From: the human T2T-CHM13v2.0 reference genome, Homo sapiens
NCBI RefSeq assembly: GCF_009914755.1
Contig: NC_060925.1
Strand: one strand, 5' to 3'
DNA length: 64,000 bases
How positions within the stretch are numbered: position 1 is the stretch's first letter; each line of letters opens with the position of its first letter. This document shows, piece after piece, positions 53,223 to 64,000 of the stretch. The position numbers were made by a program, and so were the translations under genes. The notes beneath the pieces were generated by a model. The model saw nothing but the letters and a program-made list of their open reading frames with translations, made no database searches and was not told the DNA's origin.

Positions 53223-53619
53223 TATTATTTTATATAAATAATTTATATAAAAATCCTACAAATCAAAAGGAAATCTAGGCAAAACACCATATAAAAATCT
53301 AGATTTCTACTAAGCTCTTCAAACACTGAGAACATTGTTTTTCGGTTTTTTTTTTGTTTTTTTTTTAATCTGATAGTAAAACTAAGTCACAGAATAGACA
53401 ATGGGTTCTTCTGGAGTCAAACAATAAAGCTGTGGCAAAACAAAGTCCCCTGTTGATAAATTACTGAATGTATTCACAGTGGTTCTCCATCCCCCTCTCC
53501 ATCCTTGGTTCACTAATAAAGAATGTGCTTTAAATAAGCTATATGCCTCCCCTTTTTTCCAAGGTATAACAATTAATGGCATTAGTAAAAGACTCTACAT
53601 AAATGTGTTGATGCCAATT

Positions 53620-53820
53620 TTGGAGCACGGGCTTTAGAAGTCAGACAACCTCGATTAGATTTTGAGTGTACCACTTATTAGGTATTAGTAACTTGGGCAA
53701 ATTGCATAGTCTTCCATTTTCCCATAAATTGCAATATTAATTCCTCTCCAGTTTTGTTTCATTTTGTTTTGAGGATTAAAAGCATCTAGCTGTGGCTGGC
53801 ACACAGCGACCATTCACCTG
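53620..53820 (+). mobile_element. MIR fragment
   Basis: gagcacgggctttagaagtcagac...accacttattag...acttgggcaaatt. Confidence 0.55.
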
Positions 53821-55049
53821 GTAATGTGCTCACTCCCTCCCCCCACCTTCTTACCTTCCTTCTATAAGACCTACTGTAAACAGAATGTCATGGGGCTGTA
53901 ATGTATTTCACTGAAAATTGTGGAGTACCAAGATACAGCCCATGGAAGAGCAAACTAATCAGAGACAGAGTCAAGAAACCCAGGATGAGTAAGATCAAGA
54001 CTGAGCTGATTAAGGATAAACGTTGACTTTATTTTCAACTTTGAATGTGCTAAATGCCATCATTGTGGGTTTCTCCTGGTTCCCCTTAGTTTATTATAAT
54101 CCCTCACTGAATGTACCGTGAGCAATCCTGGCATTTGATCTGATCCAGGCATTTGAACAGCAGAATCAAAACGGTCAACTTAAAAAGAGGAAGGGAGATA
54201 AACAAGGCTGGAGAAAGAAGAGACCTAAGAGTTCTACCTGTTTTTGTTTTTGTTTTTCCAGGAAATAGAATTGGCAATTGTAAATGACAGATTGAACCTA
54301 AAGGAAGAAGAGAGATGTTATTTCTCTCACAGTCTATTATACTGGAATGCAGACAGAGAGCTGCTGCTGCAACATGGCCAAAGGACCCTGCCTGGGTGCT
54401 ATTTGCAGGACACCAAAAGCCCCTAATAAACTAAACGGACCTAAAATTCCCCATTACTAGTTTCACATTAAATAAGGCACTGATCCCCAAGGAGTCCCTA
54501 GTGCCTGTGCACACAACAGAACACGGAATTTTGAGGGAATGAGCACAGGACATGGGAGTTCTGATGGCAGGGATCTCACTGGCTGAAAATGCAGAAAGAG
54601 GTTGAAAGCTGCCAAAGACAAGTTAACGCACTGCATGGCTTTGTCTGGCCTGGGCTTGGGGCTCTCATGGAGGTTACAGAGTGTTCAAGACAGCTCAGAA
54701 CTGCCGTGTGGGGGAAATTCTCAGCCAACCTCATCTTATGACCATCCTTGTAGTCAGGACTGCACAATCCTTCTCATTCTGTGCTTGTTCTGAGCCTACC
54801 ACCCATCAAAATTCTGTTTATTTCAACCTTTACTAAGATAGGAGGGATTTGAGGTACACCGTTCTAATCCCCAGCATTTCGTTACGAAGAACAGGTTCCC
54901 ATTCAGGCTAATTCTAGAAAAGAGGGTTTTAATGTCGGGATACAGAAATCTCACAGGAATCCAAGGACAGGGCTGCTTGGTACAGAGGGCCCCGTGAGAA
55001 GAGGAACTGAGAAGATGTTCAGAACTCTGGCAGAAGCTGCTAGTGGTCT

Positions 55050-55508
55050 TCCAGTGTTCATTCTTCTTTTCTTCTTAGTAATAGAACCCTGTGTGCTTTA
55101 TGCGGGCACATGGCTGCCGGTTGCACACTACAGTCCCCAGCCTGCCTTGCAGCAAGGTATGACTATGTGAGTAATGAGGTATAAATGGAAGTGAGATGTA
55201 CAAATTTGGCATCGTCTTCTTAAAGACAAAGCCACTTGTCCTGGATTTTCTCCTTGCAGTAAGACAGAATGCAGATGCAATGTTGACTCAGGCTCAGTCA
55301 AGCAAAGGAGGACACCACCACTGGGGATGCAAGAGTAACAAGACAGGAGAGCAGGCTCTCTGAATACCCACACAGCAGAGTCACCATTCCAGCCTGGATT
55401 ATTCACCACCAGGCTGTTACAAAAGAAAGAAATAACTGCTATTTTCTTTGATTCCCTGTATTTTTAGGTCTCTATTACAGCAGCTTGGCTTACATCTTGC
55501 CTGACACA
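55050..55508 (+). mobile_element. MaLR LTR (MLT1J-like)
   Basis: ttcttcttagtaatagaaccc...ccccagcctgccttgcagcaagg...tctctattacagcagc...cctgacaca. Confidence 0.65.
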
Positions 55509-55857
55509 AGAATTGAGGGCTAGCTTATAGATGGAGCTTCCCTTGAGTCAGTGCTCACTCCAGTCCACTTTGCTATAGCTGGGTGGAAGGGGCACCGTAG
55601 TAAAAACAGCAGTTTAGGTAATGCTTCTGGCACATGTCTATAGATCATATCATGAGGCCAGTTCAATGAAGAAGCATTTGAACTCAGAATCTGTCAGGTT
55701 CCTGAAAATCCTCTACCAGGAGTATGTTAGCTCTGGAAGCATCATATTCTAAAATCCTCAGTGATTATGTTTTCTCAGTGCAAGTCATCAATTCTCCGGC
55801 ATCCAGTGCTCATATCATGTCTAATTACAGCACTGGGGAGTTTTATATATACCTGTA

Positions 55858-56020
55858 GTTCTGGTTCTCAAACACTGGTGCACATCAGAATCAACCGACC
55901 TCCACCCCTAGAATTTTTCACTCAGTAGTTCTAGAATGGGGCCAGAGAATTTACATTTCTGCTAAGTTCCCAGGTCATGCTGATGCTGCTGGTCTGGGGA
56001 CCACACTGTAAGACCCACTT
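55858..56020. mobile_element. MER5A-like hAT-Charlie element
   Basis: tggttctcaaacactggtgcacatcagaatca...catttctgctaagttcccaggtcatgctgatgctgctggtctggggaccacact. Confidence 0.8.
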
Positions 56021-58044
56021 AGACACTGCATGTACTACTGCCCCATGTGATGTAGGGAACGCACACAGCTGCCACTGGCATAGTATACAACATCTTAAAG
56101 CCAGATGCTAATAGGAACACCAGACATTCTACTATTTTAGAATATTCAAAATACAAGGATGCATCTCCAGTCTGTGACTTGGTAACTAAACAAAAATGTA
56201 ATTTATTTAACAAATATTGTAAGTACTTATTCTGTGTCAGGCACTGGAAGCTAGCCATGATGAAACAGACAAAAATATCACTCACTATTCAGCTTAAATT
56301 CAAAAGAGAAAAGCTATCATGTATTGATTTCTATTAGGTCTTAAGGCCTTAATTCTCTCAAGTTCCCACAATGAAAATAAAATATAGATGGCGTTATTTC
56401 CGTTTCCAAGATGAGAACGTGGAGCCTCATATAGTTAGGTAACTTTCACAGCTTCAGATGGCTGTGTCTTGGAAACCCATGCACTTTCCACAGCACCACA
56501 ATTAAATATATCTGGCTAAGTCTACAAAGGGGCTCTTAGATAAAATCCTCTATATTTTGTCATCAAAAAATTTCTTTTTTTACTACCATAACCCAGAAAC
56601 ATCCCTGAAAAGTTGAGGACCTTGAAGTGTAAGGTCTCAAGTGCTGTGATGGGAGGATCACAGATTTCAAGAAGGGAACAGTTTATACCTCTTGCCAACA
56701 ACCCACTTTCTAAACCATCTGGCCAGGTAAGTTACTGCTAGGTTGCAATAAACTTTTGGGGTTCAGAAGAGGTTTACTTTGAATATCAACCTTACATTAA
56801 ACTAGCAAGTCCCCTGGTTAAAACTGGAGATTCCTCCTTCAATGATTTATTCAACATATATTTCTTGAAACTTTTATGTTCCAGGCACTGTGCTGGAAAC
56901 TGGATAATTCACAAGTAAAATAATACTTCGTCTCTTTTTTTAAGGAGTTCACAGTTTGAATATAGCCCTTCTTCTTAGTTGTTCTCTGGGTACTGTGCTT
57001 GAGTCCTTCTTAGGGATATTTTCTTATGTTTTGAATACTTCATGGTTTGAATTTTTAATCTTTATTCATAACCCTAATTCATACATCAGCTCATTCTGTT
57101 TTCTTTTTAGTGGAGCTATTAATATATAAGAGTTGGATATTTGGCAAGATAGCATAATGAATTGTTTTTAAAAGAGAAATGACAGTGATTATTCAAAACC
57201 TTGTTAAAATACTAAAAAGAGGAGGTAAAAGCCAGGGCAATGGGAGGAAGGACAAAATCCTTGGAACGTAAAGAATCTATGATCCTTAAAGAAAGATAGG
57301 AAGCTGCCCTCAAGATGAGGCAGAGAAGGAAAGAATTATAGAAGAGGAAGAAGAGGCCTTTGGTGTTGAGTTTAAAAAGCAACCGGGTGGGCAGAAAGAA
57401 AGAAAGACCAAAATGTTCAGTGTAACTCTTGTTTTAAAGGACTTTCACACCATTTGTTGTTAAATTGTATGTTTAGACCTCACTCATTGTGGTTGGTCAT
57501 GTGGATTTTTAACTTCAGAACAATTATACTCCAATTATTTTAATTTTAAAGAAAACAAGGATTAAAGTGCATCAGCTCACTTTAATAGGTGACCATATGT
57601 GTGATTAAATTTGGAGGCTGGAAATCAGACTTAAGGTTCTGTGGAGGACTTAGGTTTTGCTTCAGAAGCCCCTCAACAAGGATTTCCTGTCGCTACTCTA
57701 CCTAAGAGAGGAGGTTGGTTGGGGGGAGGGCAGACAGTGAGCTACCGGGTGACAATCAAGTCTTGCTTTATTTCTTTGAAATTGTCTGTGCACAGGTGCT
57801 ACCGTGAACACACATTGTTTCATTCCACATAATCTGGACTCCCTAAGCTCAATTAACAGCTGTCTCCAAATTTTCCTTGGCATTTTCAGATCTCAAAGAG
57901 AAAGTTGTTTTATAAGTTTCTTCTCTCTAAATGTAAGTAGACTGAGGTAGCTCTTAAATACAACAGTCTTATCCTGAAGGCTCATTCCTGTGTGCAGCAT
58001 GGGCCTCTTAATAATACCTATACTGTACTGTCTTCCCAACTGCA

Positions 58045-58232
58045 ATGGGCTTCTCAAATACTGTGGTGTGTGCAAATTACCTGGGAAGCTTATTCACATG
58101 AGGATCCCAGGTACCTCCTCAGATACCTTAATTCAATAGGGTTCGGATAAAGTCCAGGAATCTGCATGTTAATGGAGCTAAGCAGGTAAATCTGATATAG
58201 ACAGTTCACGTCAATATATTGATAAACCCTAT
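58045..58232. mobile_element. MER5B-like remnant
   Basis: gggcttctcaaa...aattacctgggaagctt...ccaggaatctgcatgttaa. Confidence 0.55.
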
Positions 58233-58279
58233 AGTTGCATTAGGGTTGGAGACAAATGTGCAGGTGCAGCGACTTCATA

Positions 58280-58620
58280 GATTCACCTAAATTCACTGAG
58301 TGCATACTATGTACCCATCACTGTGCTAGACACAGGGGATGTCAAGGTGGCAAAAGCTAGTGCTCATAAAATTAAAGTCTCAGCAAATAATCACATGAAT
58401 GAAAAATTATTATCTGTGACAAATGGCACAAGGAAGAGTTATACAATGATAGGAAAACCTGTGGCTAAGGCATTTTTTTTCTTAGAAGTCAAGGAAGTCT
58501 CCCCTAAAGACTCCAGAGTGTTATCTTGCCAAGAGGGGAAAGATAAACATTCCAGACACAGAGGAAATAGCATGTGCAAAGGTCTTGTGGCCATGGGGAG
58601 TTTACAGAGTCGGAGAAGCA
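58280..58620 (-). mobile_element. L2 fragment
   Basis: cactgagtgcatactatgtacc...cactgtgctagacacagggga...cattccagacacagaggaaatagcatgtgcaaaggtc. Confidence 0.65.
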
Positions 58621-59329
58621 ACCTAGTGTCCTCAATAATATGTAGTCCAGTGCTGGTCAACTCTTATACAAGCTTCCAAGTGTCGCTGTGATATTCCATC
58701 CTTCTGGAAGGCTAGTGAAATTGAAGGACTAGTGATCTGCTGAAAGTAGCTATTAGTTTACACCTAAATGGGAACTGCACTAAGCCCTACTGTCAGTTAA
58801 CATGCTGAAACTGGCACCCAGCTGGCATGCTGGGGCTGAGTAACCACACCCTTCCCGGCTGCAACTTGTACTAAGAATGGACAATAGCTGTCTAAATCCC
58901 ACAAGCCCCCAAAGAGGCTGACAGATATTGCAGCCATGATTGCAACAGGAAGTAGAGAAGGGTGGTGGGTGGGCAGAATATTAACAGAACCAGCCCTTGC
59001 CAACTGGGCAACGTCACAGACTGTGCCATGGCAAGGCATGCATCTGTTTCTGTGCACTCTTTTTAAGATTTTTCTCCAGCTCTATGCCCCTGTCATTTCC
59101 ACAGCCATGTCTCCCGACCCCAGTGGCCTGAACTCTTCTAATGGTTTGCTCTTCGAATGGCTTGTCTTTCTTACCACAAAAGAAAGCGATTTGATCTTCT
59201 CATTGGAGAATAAAATATGAGACAATGGGCCCCCTCCTAGGATTCGTCTTGGAAAAAGGCTTTGACAATACTAACACAAAAGAGCACATCCATATGTGCC
59301 AAGTTTCTCTGCATCACTGTGGCATAAGC

Positions 59330-59752
59330 AGTGACAGAACCTCTAATTTTTAACAGGGGACAAGTACCCTGAGCAAAGACTGTATTTCCGAGCATCCCAT
59401 ATGGCTAAGTGTTGTCCTGAGGCCAAGTTCTGACCAATGATGTAGGAGCAGACGTGCAGGACATCTAGGATGGATGTTGCCTTGAAGGGTGGTTGGCACT
59501 TCTGTTTTTCCCCTCCTCCACCCTGGATGTGATGACTGGTGTCCATGAATGCAAGGACCATGTAGAAGGGATGTAAAAAGATGAGCTGGAAGGGGCCTGG
59601 CTCCCTGAGGACTTACTGGAATAAAGCCATCATCCCAGTCCTGGACTACCTACCTCTGGTCTTGTAAGTCACAGGGAAATAGAATCCCATGATGTTGAAG
59701 CTGCTGTTATTTTGGGTTTCTGTTACAGCCAAACCTAACCCTAACTGATAAA
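59330..59752 (+). mobile_element. MaLR LTR (MLT1J-like)
   Basis: acagaacctctaattt...aagttctgaccaatga...gcctggctccctga...ctggactacctacctctgg...ctgttattttgggtttctgttacagccaaacctaaccctaactgata. Confidence 0.72.
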
Positions 59753-60134
59753 GCTATCATGGGGATTTTTTTTTTCTCTTTTTCTTTTTTGACGGAGGAT
59801 CACAGTGAAGTTTTTCCTTGGAGTCCCTCAAATGTAGGCAATGATATTCTCCGCCTTCATGTGTGGCTGTGTGGTTTAACCCAAGCAGAATCGTGAGATG
59901 GAAAATGAACATGGAATGGAAGAAAGAGGTCTCAGTCAGAGACCAGCCCTGCCCCAAGCTCACCAGCTATTTTTCCACTCTAAGTTTTCACTTTGTCATA
60001 TGAAAAATCGCCTCTAAGTTCTCATACAAATCTGATAGTTTCTACGACTTGGCATGCTCAGTTTCACCCAACCCCTGCACCAATCTGCCAATGAAGGGAA
60101 ATTATTATTAGGATGAAGTGTTTGCATCTCACCA

Positions 60135-60300
60135 ACAGGTTACATTTTAAAAATCCATATGGTACCTGTTTGGAACTTGCAACAGATTTTTCTATAGGTC
60201 GATAACATACATGAAGGTTAGCTTTGCAAGCACACTCCCAAAAGATATTTAATTAATGCACAGTTAAACTATAGTGCTGGGAGGTTCACAGAACCAAAAA
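60135..60300. mobile_element. Possible ancient Tigger-like DNA transposon remnant
   Basis: tgtttggaacttgcaacagatttttctatagg...aaggttagctttgcaagc loosely resembles recalled old Tigger ends. Confidence 0.3.
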
Positions 60301-61087
60301 AAAATAAATTGTAAAAGGTTGACATTGGGGAGTAAAGTGCTCAATTTCAAATTGGAGGAAGGGGTAGAAGCATCTTTTCTTCCACCCATGGCAGAGAAGG
60401 AAGCTGCGTTTGGTGCTGAGAACAATACCTGTATTCTGTGTCCTGGAGGCGAGAATAATCATTTCCAAGTAACTGCACTTTTTTCCCATAAGGGGTAGGA
60501 AGAGTAGGCCTGTGTGAGGACTGAGGGGAAGGGCATGGCAGGCAGAGGGGAAGCCCGTGTTTTGGAGGTGAGAACAACATTGTTCTCACCTCCAAGTAAC
60601 AACACTTCCATTTCACATCTAGATGTGCATGAAAGCTAAGAAAATGGGAGTCTTGATATGTTTCAAATATCCTATGAGACCACTGCCTGGTTTCCTTGAG
60701 TCTAATTCTAACTTCATTTGAAATATTGTCCTGTAGGTGAAAGGCCATTTTCTGAACATGTCCAAGTTTCCTTAAGCAAACATTATGCAGAAGCCATGGG
60801 AGAAGCAAAAGGAGGAAGATTGCTGTCTTTTAGGACAATGGTGTTTTACAGTTACACTTGACTTTTCCCATTGGCCATCGTGGCATAGAGCTGAGCGTCA
60901 CCCACTTCAACCCAGGAGGGCAGCAGTGGAGAAACAGTGAGGAGGGAACCTGATTTCCTATGCTAGAGGAACTTGCATCTCTCCTTCCTACCCCTTATGA
61001 ATGGGGGAGTGATAGGCATGAAGTCACAGTTCCCTGATGAACTTGGATCTGCTTCACTCCAGTTCTTCTTTTAGAAAGGACTGTCTA

Positions 61088-61480
61088 TGGATAAATAAAA
61101 TGTGGCACATATACACCATGGAATACTATGCAGCCATAAAAAAGAATAAGTTCATGTCCTTTGCAGGGACATGAATGAAGCTGGAAACATTCATTTTCAG
61201 CAAACTAACACAGGAACAGAAAACCAAACACTGCATGTTCTCACTCATAAATGGGAGTTGAACAATAAGAACATATGGGCACAGGGAGGGGAACATCACA
61301 CACTGGGGCCTGGCCAGGGGTGGGGGGCTAGGGGAGGGATAGCATTAGGAAAAATACCTAATGAAGATGACGGGTTGGTGGGTGCAACAAACCACCATGG
61401 CACATGTATACCTGTGTAACAAACCTGCATGTTCTGCGCATGTATCCCAGAACTTGAGTATAATTAAAAAAAAAAAAAAA
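61088..61480 (+). mobile_element. 5'-truncated L1PA (PA7/8-like) 3' end
   Basis: tgtggcacatatacaccatggaatactatgcagcc...ggaggggaacatcacacactggggcc...gggagggatagcattagga...tatcccagaactt plus poly(A). Confidence 0.92.
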
Positions 61481-61637
61481 GGTCAGTTTAGGGAGTGTAT
61501 ACTCAGGGCAGCTTGAATCTATGCTCCCAGGTAAACATTTAAAAAAGAAAAGAAAGGAAGGAAGAGAAAATAAAAGGGCAGTCTTGACCCTGCACTTATA
61601 AGTCTTATCTTTTCCCTGTTAAAAAAAAAATAAACTA

Positions 61638-61946
61638 GGCCTGGTGCAGTTGTTCACGCCTATAATCCCGCCACTTTGGGAGGCTGAGGTGGGAGCATCA
61701 GTTGAGCCCAGGAATTTGAGACCAACCTGGGGAAAACAGTGAGACCTCATCTCCACAAAAAATAAAAAAAATTGGCTGGGTGTGGTGGCATGTTCCTGTG
61801 GTCCCAGCTACTCTAGAGGCTGAGCTGGGAGGATCACTTGAGCCCAGGAGGTTGAGGCTGCAGTGATCCATGATCACACTACTATACTCCAGCCTGGGAA
61901 ATAGAGACCCTGTCTCAAAAACAACAAAACAACAGCAAAAACAAAC
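61638..61946 (+). mobile_element. AluJ
   Basis: Full dimer with J diagnostics (ttgagcccaggaggttgaggctgcagtga). Confidence 0.92.
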
Positions 61947-62749
61947 CCCCTTTGTCCCAATCAAAGGAGTTCTCTCATTTTACCCTAATGAAATGTATCC
62001 TGTTTCTGTGCATTTGCACATGCTTCCCCTCTGCCCACGCCTTTCCTCTCACTTCCTCACACAGGCTAATTCTTCCTTGTCCGAATGTCCCCATCTTTCA
62101 GAAGTCATATCAACTCTCAGGAGGAATAAGTCCTGTGTGCTCTCCTAGCATCCTAAGCAAATTTCAGGCTGTCCCCACATGACAGAATAAACTGCTTGAC
62201 TGTCTTGACTCTCCAGTGACAAGCACACTGTGAGGTCCATCAATATGCAGTGAATTAGCAAACAAATGTTCCTTCCTGCCTGGTATTATCTCAGGCACCA
62301 TCAATATTTCTGTACAGGATTTACCTCTTGCACAAAGGGTATCTCTTCTCTAAATTCCCATTGTATCTCGTTTGTGATATTCATTGTGAAACACAATCAT
62401 TTAGCACCTTGCATTGTTGTTCACTCATTTCTGTGTATTTTGCTCCCAAACCAGAATGTTTGCTGCTAAAATGTCCAGACTACATCTCAGATGTCATGTT
62501 CTTTGTTACCCCCGCAGTTTCTAATATAATACTATACACACAGTAGGCCATCGATGAATGATTGATGGATGAGTGCATGAATCCAAAAAAATGCTTCTTT
62601 AAATAGTGACCTCCATGAAGATTTACATGATCTTGGAGAGATTTTTACCATAAAAAATAAACCAGCCTTTACATGACAGCACCCATTTGGTGCCATAAGC
62701 TATGCTTGCACTTTCTGTGGGTATACATTTTCCTCCTGAAGCGGCAGTT

Positions 62750-63005
62750 ATACCTAGTGGATCTGAGCCTGGTCTCTGGAGCTAGACTGCCTGGGTTTGA
62801 AGGTGGCCTCCCTTCTTGCTAGCCTTAGTCTATAAAAGACTTGGCTGCTTCATTTGTAAAATGAAGGTGATACTAATAGGACCTACCTCATTACGTTGTA
62901 AGAAAGGTAATATAAAGCAGAAAACAGGGGAGGAGGGAAGGTAATCCACATTAAATACTTGGCGTGGTGTCTGGCTTCCAGTAAGTGTCTGATAAATGCA
63001 GTTAT
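62750..63005 (+). mobile_element. MIR
   Basis: tctggagctagactgcctgggtttgaa...cttcatttgtaaaatgaaggtgatactaataggacctacctca. Confidence 0.7.
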
Positions 63006-64000
63006 CAGTGTGGCTTCTAAGATGATGACAGTAGGTTTAAATGGAACAAGAACTCTTAGAGAAGCCAGGGCTCAATCATACTGGTCTTTTCATTATTGCA
63101 CTTATTTATGTGGGCAGTGTCCTTGGTGGTATCACTGTAAGGAAAGTTATAGCAACGACTTTTAGAACTAAGAAGTTAAATTCCACAGTGGGACGTGTCA
63201 TGCTATGTAACTGGACAGGAGGCCCATCAGGTATGCAGGATGCATTTCAGTAATGTCTTAGTAAAATGAGTGTGCCTTCTGCTGGGATGATTGGGTGCAA
63301 TGACATGTGCATGATACATATGAAAGACTGAATGTTATCATTTATTCATCAAAAAACATGCTGTTAGCTAGCCAGAATACAGATACTGCAAACAGCTGGT
63401 TTGCCTAAAGGATTTGCTCCTTCAGATCATAAAACCTCCTCATTACTAAGTACAGAGATGAGTATAAATTAAGTTGTAAGTTAGTTTATGCAAATTATTT
63501 TACATTTTCCTGCCTCCCAGCTCCTCCCAAAAGTAAAATAAATGCAAAACAGTCTTTTTTCATTTCTTCCCTTTGTTTTGATCCCTACGAACTAAACACA
63601 ATATTTCTAGAAAGATGTAGAAAGGTACAGCACCCCAGAAATAAGAAAAGTTGGTATATTTTATGGGGTATAAAAGGTTTTTTATTCTGTGTGTTTGTTC
63701 ACCTACCTGTCATCCTGCTTATCTGAAAGTGCCTGTCTGCATTACACCAGGCAACAGCTAAGCAGCCATTTAATCCTGCATGACTCCCTCCTCTGTATCT
63801 TGACCACATCACAGGGAGGAACCTACACCAAGGCAGTCCAGGCTTAGGTTTCCCAGCAACCTGTGACCTGGCTGGAAAATGTGAACTGTGCCAATCCGAT
63901 TCCCTTTGCCTGGAATCCAGACTAGAAGCAAGGTAAGCTTTGCCAGTTAGCCATGGGAACTGCAGCTGCAGGATCATGAGAAAGGCAGGACCACAAGAAC

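Noticed and set aside
55544-55550. Isolated AP-1 (TGAGTCA) site here, and octamer (ATGCAAAT) motifs elsewhere, e.g. 63488
   Set aside because: Expected by chance at this frequency in 64 kb; no clustering evidence.
60571-60586. Androgen/glucocorticoid response element AGAACA-TGTTCT
   Set aside because: The spacer is 4 nt (acat), not the canonical 3 nt.

Overview
This is primate (very likely human) non-coding DNA, either intergenic or a large intron, and it is dominated by interspersed repeats. It holds an old ~5.5 kb degenerate L1 cut at the window start, many further L1, L2 and MIR fragments, about 17 Alu/FLAM/FRAM copies and several MaLR LTRs. It also holds solo ERV LTRs (LTR2/HERV-E, LTR7/HERV-H, MER21, MER31/67-like, MER90-like), hAT/Tigger remnants, a tailless 5S rRNA retropseudogene and a 40-bp AT minisatellite. 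I can support no protein-coding exon: the listed ORFs are repeat-derived or chance. I found no new biological system. The most notable structure not explained by repeat families is a cluster at 42.2-45.3 kb: a ~250-bp inverted duplication (arms 652 bp apart) beside a ~100-bp direct duplication, with the new arm carrying a strong 3' splice-site-like motif. Other notable items are a zero-spacer head-to-head Alu fusion, the 5S insertion with microhomology, and several palindromes. Repeat family names come from recalled consensus sequences, not a database search, and boundaries of old elements are approximate.
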